From assembly GCA_965202985.1 (NCBI GenBank), contig CBDBCF010000001.1, positions 2,272,001-2,336,000 on the forward strand: DNA of 64,000 bases, read 5' to 3'. The notes below the pieces were generated by a model that was not told where the DNA came from, did no database searches, and worked only from the letters and a program-made list of their open reading frames with translations. Below, piece by piece: positions 59,352 to 64,000 of this stretch. The first letter of the stretch is position 1. Every line of letters begins with the position of its first letter. Both the position numbers and the translations under genes were made by a program. Source of the stretch: Longimicrobiales bacterium (GTDB lineage Bacteria > Gemmatimonadota > Gemmatimonadetes > Longimicrobiales > Gaopeijiaceae).

Positions 59352-60347
59352 TTGCCCGACTCCCACCTCGACTCCCTCCGCCCACCACGCCGCAAGCACG
59401 ACGAGGTCTACAAGTTCTTCTTTTCCCAGGCCCCCACCGTCGCCGAACTCCTCGAAGACTACCTCGCTCCCGACTGGGCCGACCAACTCGACCTGGACTC
59501 GCTGCGCAAGGTCACCCCCGAACATGTCGGCTCGCGGCTCGAACGCCGACAGGCCGACATGCTCTGGCGCGTCAACTTTCGACACCGGCCCGGCTTCGTG
59601 GTCCTGCTCCTCGAGTTCCAGTCCCGGGTCGACCCCTCTATGGCCGCCCGCGTCCTCCGCTACGTGACCGACGCCTACGAGAACCTGATCCGCGAAACGC
59701 CGCCCGGTGCCGATCACAGCCTGCCGCCAGTCATCGTCTGCGTCGTCCACAACGGCCCCCGCCCTTGGGACGCCCTCCTCGACATCGCCCACCTGATCTC
59801 GCCGACGCTGCCCCAGCTGCGCGACCTCTCGGTCCGGCTGCCGTACCAAGTGCTTGACATGCGCGCGGCACCCGGGCGAAGCTTGCGGAAGCGGCGCATC
59901 CTGACTTGGTTGAGGGAGCTCGAGCGGGACGGCGGCACGGGGAAGGTCCGGGCCGTGCTGGGAGAGGTGCTGGAGGCGTACCCGGGTCCCGAGCACGCCG
60001 GGGTCGCGGAGGCGTTCGCGCTGTGGGTGTTGGGCGCGGCGCGGCAGTGGGGCCGTTCGGAAGAGGAACTGTCGAAGATCACCAGTTTGACGGAGGCGAA
60101 AGAGATGTACACGCAGATCGAAGAAGAGATGGCGAGGCTGCGGGCGGAGGGCCGACGGGAAGGTCGTCGGGAGGGATCCAGGACCCTCTTGGAGTGCCAG
60201 GTGGCAAAAAAGTTCGGCGAGGACGCGGTCGTGCAGCTGTCGGGCGTGATCGGCGGCCTGGACGGACGCGATCAGCTGGACGCGGCGGCGATTGCCGTCA
60301 TCGAATGCGACACGGTCGAGGAGTTGATGGCTCGACTCGCGAACTAG
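59352..60347 (+). CDS. Rpn/YhgA-like PD-(D/E)XK recombination-promoting nuclease
   Basis: AGGAGG then TTG. HDEVYKFFF, LDLDSL, ADMLW, LLEFQS.VD..MAAR, C-terminal EGRREGRREG. Confidence 0.88.
   Translation: MPDSHLDSLRPPRRKHDEVYKFFFSQAPTVAELLEDYLAPDWADQLDLDSLRKVTPEHVGSRLERRQADMLWRVNFRHRPGFVVLLLEFQSRVDPSMAARVLRYVTDAYENLIRETPPGADHSLPPVIVCVVHNGPRPWDALLDIAHLISPTLPQLRDLSVRLPYQVLDMRAAPGRSLRKRRILTWLRELERDGGTGKVRAVLGEVLEAYPGPEHAGVAEAFALWVLGAARQWGRSEEELSKITSLTEAKEMYTQIEEEMARLRAEGRREGRREGSRTLLECQVAKKFGEDAVVQLSGVIGGLDGRDQLDAAAIAVIECDTVEELMARLAN
60105..60347 (+). CDS. Candidate internally translated small Rpn C-terminal protein (RpnS-like antitoxin)
   Basis: GGAGG (60092-60096), 8 nt, in-frame ATG 60105, giving an 80-aa product. 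Confidence 0.5.
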   Translation: MYTQIEEEMARLRAEGRREGRREGSRTLLECQVAKKFGEDAVVQLSGVIGGLDGRDQLDAAAIAVIECDTVEELMARLAN

Positions 60348-60494
60348 CGAGCCGCGGCGCGTCGAGGCGGCGGGGGCTGCTGCGTCCCCGTCGCCGAGGA
60401 CATTTCAGTTGCGGTAGGCGCTCGGGACATCGGGGCTTGCGAAACGGGACACTCGCATGGACATTTCAGACATGCAAAATCTACGCCTCCTCCC

Positions 60495-61820
60495 ATGACC
60501 CCACGCGCCTACCAGACCAGCCACCGCTGGATCACGTTCTCGATCAAGCTGCACCGGGCGTCGCCACGGCTCTGGGCGCTGCTAGGCCAAGCCGTGGCGT
60601 TCTGCGAGCAGGTTTCGGGGGCAGTCTTGCCGCCGCGCGACGCCCGGAAACTCTACCGGATGTACCTCGTCAAGGGTGTCAAGGCGACGACCGCCATCGA
60701 GAACAACACGCTGACCGAGGAACAGGTGGGCCGGGTGCTGGACGGGACCCTCGAGTTACCGCCGTCGCAGGAGTACTTGGGACAGGAAGTACGCAACATC
60801 TTGGACGTCTGCGAGGACATTCGGGACCAAATTCTGGCCGGAACGGCCCCGCGGCTCACGAGAGAATGGATCGCCGACGCGAACCGGGCGGTGCTCGGGG
60901 GGATGGAGGATGTGCTGGGAGAGGGAGTCATTCCAGGGGAGGTACCCGCCTTCCAGGTCGTGGTCGGTCGGTATCGGGGTGCGCCGAGGGAGGACTGCGA
61001 CTACTTGCTGGACCGCCTCTGCCGGTGGCTGGACGAGGACGACATGCCGGGTCCGGGTCCGGGGGCGGCCGAAGGAGACGCGTCCCAAGCGGAGCCGTCC
61101 GGCGCGTCGGACAACGGAGCCGCCGCCGATGTGACGGCTCTGACGGATGCCCCGGTGCCCGCCGGTAACGTCTTCCAGGACGCCCGCCGCCGGCGCATGG
61201 CGGAGGGCATCCTGAAGGCGACGCTGGCCCATCTGTACATTGCGTGGATTCACCCGTACGGAGACGGCAACGGGCGGATGGCGCGGCTGGTCGAGTTCAT
61301 GCTGCTGGCGCGGGCCGGAGTGCCGTTCCCGTCGGCACACTTGATGAGCAACCACTTCAACCTCACGCGCAACCGCTACTACCGTGAGCTGGACCGGTCC
61401 AGTCGGGTGAGCGGCCACGGGCGCGACGCCGACCGCGGAGACGTGTTCGGGTTCGTGGAGTACGCCGTTCGGGGGTTCGTGGACGGGCTCGCTGACCAAT
61501 GCCGGTACATCGAACACGTGCAGATGAAGTTGGCGTGGGAGGACTTCGTGTTCCAGACGTTTCGGCAGACCAAGGAGACGCCGGCGACTCGAAGGCGCAG
61601 GGAGATCGTGCTGGTGCTGTCTTCGCGGCAGGAGCCTGTCCCGAAGCAGGACGTCCCGTCGCTCACGTCGCAGCTGGCGCGCATGTACGCCGAGAAGACG
61701 CCCAAGACGCTGACTCGCGACCTCAACTGGCTGGTTGCCGAGGACCTGATCGAGCGGGGGCCGGAGGGCTACCAAGCGCGCATGGAGCAGATGAAGGCGT
61801 TCCGGGCCGGAAGCGACTGA
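60495..61820 (+). CDS. Fic family protein with C-terminal winged helix
   Basis: ATTAIENN, canonical HPYGDGNGRMAR, C-terminal KTLTRDLNWL..LIER. Confidence 0.92.
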   Translation: MTPRAYQTSHRWITFSIKLHRASPRLWALLGQAVAFCEQVSGAVLPPRDARKLYRMYLVKGVKATTAIENNTLTEEQVGRVLDGTLELPPSQEYLGQEVRNILDVCEDIRDQILAGTAPRLTREWIADANRAVLGGMEDVLGEGVIPGEVPAFQVVVGRYRGAPREDCDYLLDRLCRWLDEDDMPGPGPGAAEGDASQAEPSGASDNGAAADVTALTDAPVPAGNVFQDARRRRMAEGILKATLAHLYIAWIHPYGDGNGRMARLVEFMLLARAGVPFPSAHLMSNHFNLTRNRYYRELDRSSRVSGHGRDADRGDVFGFVEYAVRGFVDGLADQCRYIEHVQMKLAWEDFVFQTFRQTKETPATRRRREIVLVLSSRQEPVPKQDVPSLTSQLARMYAEKTPKTLTRDLNWLVAEDLIERGPEGYQARMEQMKAFRAGSD

Positions 61821-61823
61821 CCG

Positions 61824-64000
61824 ATGGCGCTCGAAGCCGCCGCGACCTTCGCCGGAATCCACAACGAGAACGAGTTCTACAGCCACCACTACCTGTCGGA
61901 GATCTTCGCCGGCGACATCAAGGAGACGATCAAGCGCTGGCAGGACGACGCGACGAACCGCGCGCCCCACGCCGCCCTCCGCGCATTGGCGACCGACTAC
62001 GCTCGGTTTCGCGACGCCTTCGAGCGACGGGTGGCCCGGCGGACGGGCGTTCGACAGACCGCTCGCCATCTCCACGCCGACCAGATCGCCGCCCAGCGCC
62101 AGTGGTTCCGCCGCTTCCTCGGCGCTCTGGGGTACGAAGCCGACTGGCACCCGGCCAACTTGCCGCTCGACGACGGCATCGAACTCCCCATGCTGTGCGC
62201 GGTTGGCCGAAGCAGCGCGGGCGCGCGCCAGTTGCTGGTCCTGGAGGCCTACGACGCCGGCGCAGAGGGCGACGACCCGCTGTCCGTCCGGCCCCATCCC
62301 GCCCAGTTCCACGGGGAGGCGCCTCCGTCGGCGGCGCTGCGGGACGAGCGTTGGGAGGACGTGGTGACGCGCCGCGTGTTCGGCCAGGAGCATCCGCCTC
62401 GCTGGGTGCTGCTGTTGTCGTTCGGCCAAGCGCTGCTGCTCGAACGAAGCAAGTGGACGCACAACCGCCTGCTGCGCTTCGACTTCGCCGAGATCCTGGG
62501 CCGTCGCGACGACGCCACGCTCAAGGCGGCCGCCGTCCTGCTCCACCGCGACAGCCTGCTGTCCCCGGACGGGCAAAGCCATGGCCTGCTGGACCGCCTG
62601 GACGAGAACAGCCACAAGCACGCCTTCGCCGTCTCCGAGGACTTGAAGTACGCGCTCCGCGAGTCGATCGAGCTGGTCGGCAACGAGGTCGTCCGGTACA
62701 TGCGCGAGGTGCGTCACGACAAGCTCTTCGACCTGGACGACGCCTTGGCGGGCCAGCTGGGCCTGGAGTGCCTGCGCTACATGTACCGCCTGCTCTTCCT
62801 CTTCTACATCGAGGCGCGCCCGGAGCTCGGATACGCGCCCGTGGCCTCCGACGCCTACCGCAAGGGATACAGCCTGGAGCACCTGCGCGACCTGGAGATG
62901 GTGCGGCTCGACACGCCCGAGTCCCGCGACGGCCACTACATCCACCACAGCGTGGAGCGGCTGTTCCGGCTGGTGCGCGACGGATTCGACGGCAGCAACT
63001 GGGGCGGCAGCGAGGACTTGCTGGCGGGCGTGGACGACGGGCGCTCCAACGGCTCCGAGCCCGCGTTGCGCTTCGGCTTCCGCGTGCGGCCGCTGGACAG
63101 CCGGCTGTTTCGCGAGGGATCGACGCCGCTCATCGACAAGGTGAAGCTGCGCAACGAAGTGCTGCAGAAGGTGATCCGGCTGATGTCGCTGACGCGGGCG
63201 GCGAGAGGGCGAGGCGGCAAGGGCGGCGCCGGCAAGGGTCGCGGACGCGGCGCGGGCAAGCGTCGGCGCAGGGGGCGCATCTCCTACGCGCAGTTGGGCA
63301 TCAACCAGCTGGGCGCGGTGTACGAGGCGCTGCTGTCGTACCGGGGGTTCTTCGCCGAAGAGGACTTGTACGAGGTCAAGAAGGCCGGGGCCGCGCACGA
63401 CGACTTGGACGCCGCGTTCTTCGTCGGCGCCAAGGACCTGGAACAGTACTCGGAAGACGAGCGCGTCCACGACCGGGACGAGGACCGCCGCCTCAAGCTC
63501 CGCGTCCACCGCAAGGGCACGTTCGTCTACCGCCTGGCCAGCCGCGACCGCCAGAAGTCGGCCAGCTACTACACGCCCGAGTCGCTCACCCGCTGCGTGG
63601 TCAAGTACTCCTTGCGCGAGCTCGTCACCGACGACATGCCCGCCGACGACATCCTGCGCCTGACCGTGTGCGAGCCCGCCATGGGCTCGGCGGCGTTCCT
63701 GAACGAGGCCGTCAACCAGCTCTCCGAGAAGTACCTGGACCGCAAGCAGCGCGAGCTGGGTCAGCGCATCCCTCACGACCAGTACGCCGACGAGCTGCAG
63801 AGGGTCCGCCACTTCGTCACCGACCGCAACGTCTACGGCGTGGACCTGAACCCGGTCGCCATCGAGCTGGCCGAAGTGTCGCTGTGGCTGAACTGCATCC
63901 ACGAGGACGGACATGTGCCATGGTTCGGCTATCAGCTGGCCTGCGGCAACTCGCTGGTGGGCGCGCGCCGGCAGGTGTATCCGGCGGAGAAGGTGCGCAA
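61824..64000 (+). CDS. Large type IIG/Eco57I-like N6-adenine DNA methyltransferase (partial, runs off right edge)
   Basis: Manual translation from ATG 61824: MALEAAATFAGIHNENEFYSHHYL; later LGINQLGAVYEALLSY, RQKSASYYTP, VCEPAMGSAAFL (motif I), YGVDLNPVAIELA. Absent from the ORF track because it has no stop in the window. Confidence 0.88.
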   Translation, partial: MALEAAATFAGIHNENEFYSHHYLSEIFAGDIKETIKRWQDDATNRAPHAALRALATDYARFRDAFERRVARRTGVRQTARHLHADQIAAQRQWFRRFLGALGYEADWHPANLPLDDGIELPMLCAVGRSSAGARQLLVLEAYDAGAEGDDPLSVRPHPAQFHGEAPPSAALRDERWEDVVTRRVFGQEHPPRWVLLLSFGQALLLERSKWTHNRLLRFDFAEILGRRDDATLKAAAVLLHRDSLLSPDGQSHGLLDRLDENSHKHAFAVSEDLKYALRESIELVGNEVVRYMREVRHDKLFDLDDALAGQLGLECLRYMYRLLFLFYIEARPELGYAPVASDAYRKGYSLEHLRDLEMVRLDTPESRDGHYIHHSVERLFRLVRDGFDGSNWGGSEDLLAGVDDGRSNGSEPALRFGFRVRPLDSRLFREGSTPLIDKVKLRNEVLQKVIRLMSLTRAARGRGGKGGAGKGRGRGAGKRRRRGRISYAQLGINQLGAVYEALLSYRGFFAEEDLYEVKKAGAAHDDLDAAFFVGAKDLEQYSEDERVHDRDEDRRLKLRVHRKGTFVYRLASRDRQKSASYYTPESLTRCVVKYSLRELVTDDMPADDILRLTVCEPAMGSAAFLNEAVNQLSEKYLDRKQRELGQRIPHDQYADELQRVRHFVTDRNVYGVDLNPVAIELAEVSLWLNCIHEDGHVPWFGYQLACGNSLVGARRQVYPAEKVR

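Noticed and set aside
59352..60347. Rpn gene as an IS transposase
   Set aside because: No terminal inverted repeats or target duplication seen. The Rpn/YhgA family is not an established autonomous transposase.
60756..63914. 1052-aa minus-strand ORF (and similar long antisense ORFs 23665-26841, 39018-42584, 56046-58100)
   Set aside because: Shadow ORFs of motif-bearing plus-strand genes, expected in high-GC DNA.

Overview
High-GC bacterial chromosomal segment. The gene repertoire (DUF4159/MoxR/DUF58/BatA cluster, CBM9-DUF5916 beta-barrel, BNR/VPS10 protein, Rpn nuclease) suggests Gemmatimonadota or a similar lineage; this is inference only. Layout: (1) 1-13387, a minus-strand operon of msrP, msrQ (in frame with a DUF4159 gene), VWA/GATase-like, caspase-fold, tandem-repeat coiled-coil, TPR/HExxH peptidase, DUF4159, MoxR, DUF58 and BatA/VWA genes. 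(2) 13678-28484, defence island 1: a VapBC pair, then a restriction-like DUF499 ATPase / small accessory protein / DUF1156 methyltransferase / PLD-SNF2 helicase operon, then a fused ABC-ATPase-TOPRIM gene. An AT-richer, translationally coupled three-gene cassette (two uncharacterised proteins plus a ComEC-type metallo-beta-lactamase) is nested inside this operon. (3) 28561-52800, housekeeping and envelope genes, including a catalytically degenerate DEAD-box pseudo-helicase and an apparent bidirectional leaderless promoter. (4) 52906 to the end, defence island 2: AAA-wHTH ATPase, ABC-ATPase plus DUF3226-like TOPRIM pair, SNF2 helicase, Rpn nuclease with a candidate intragenic antitoxin start, Fic protein, and a large N6-adenine methyltransferase truncated by the window edge. 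The best candidate for an undescribed system is the nested triad at 18173-20576. No rRNA, tRNA, CRISPR array, integrase or IS element was recognised. All family assignments come from motif recognition by eye, not from database searches.
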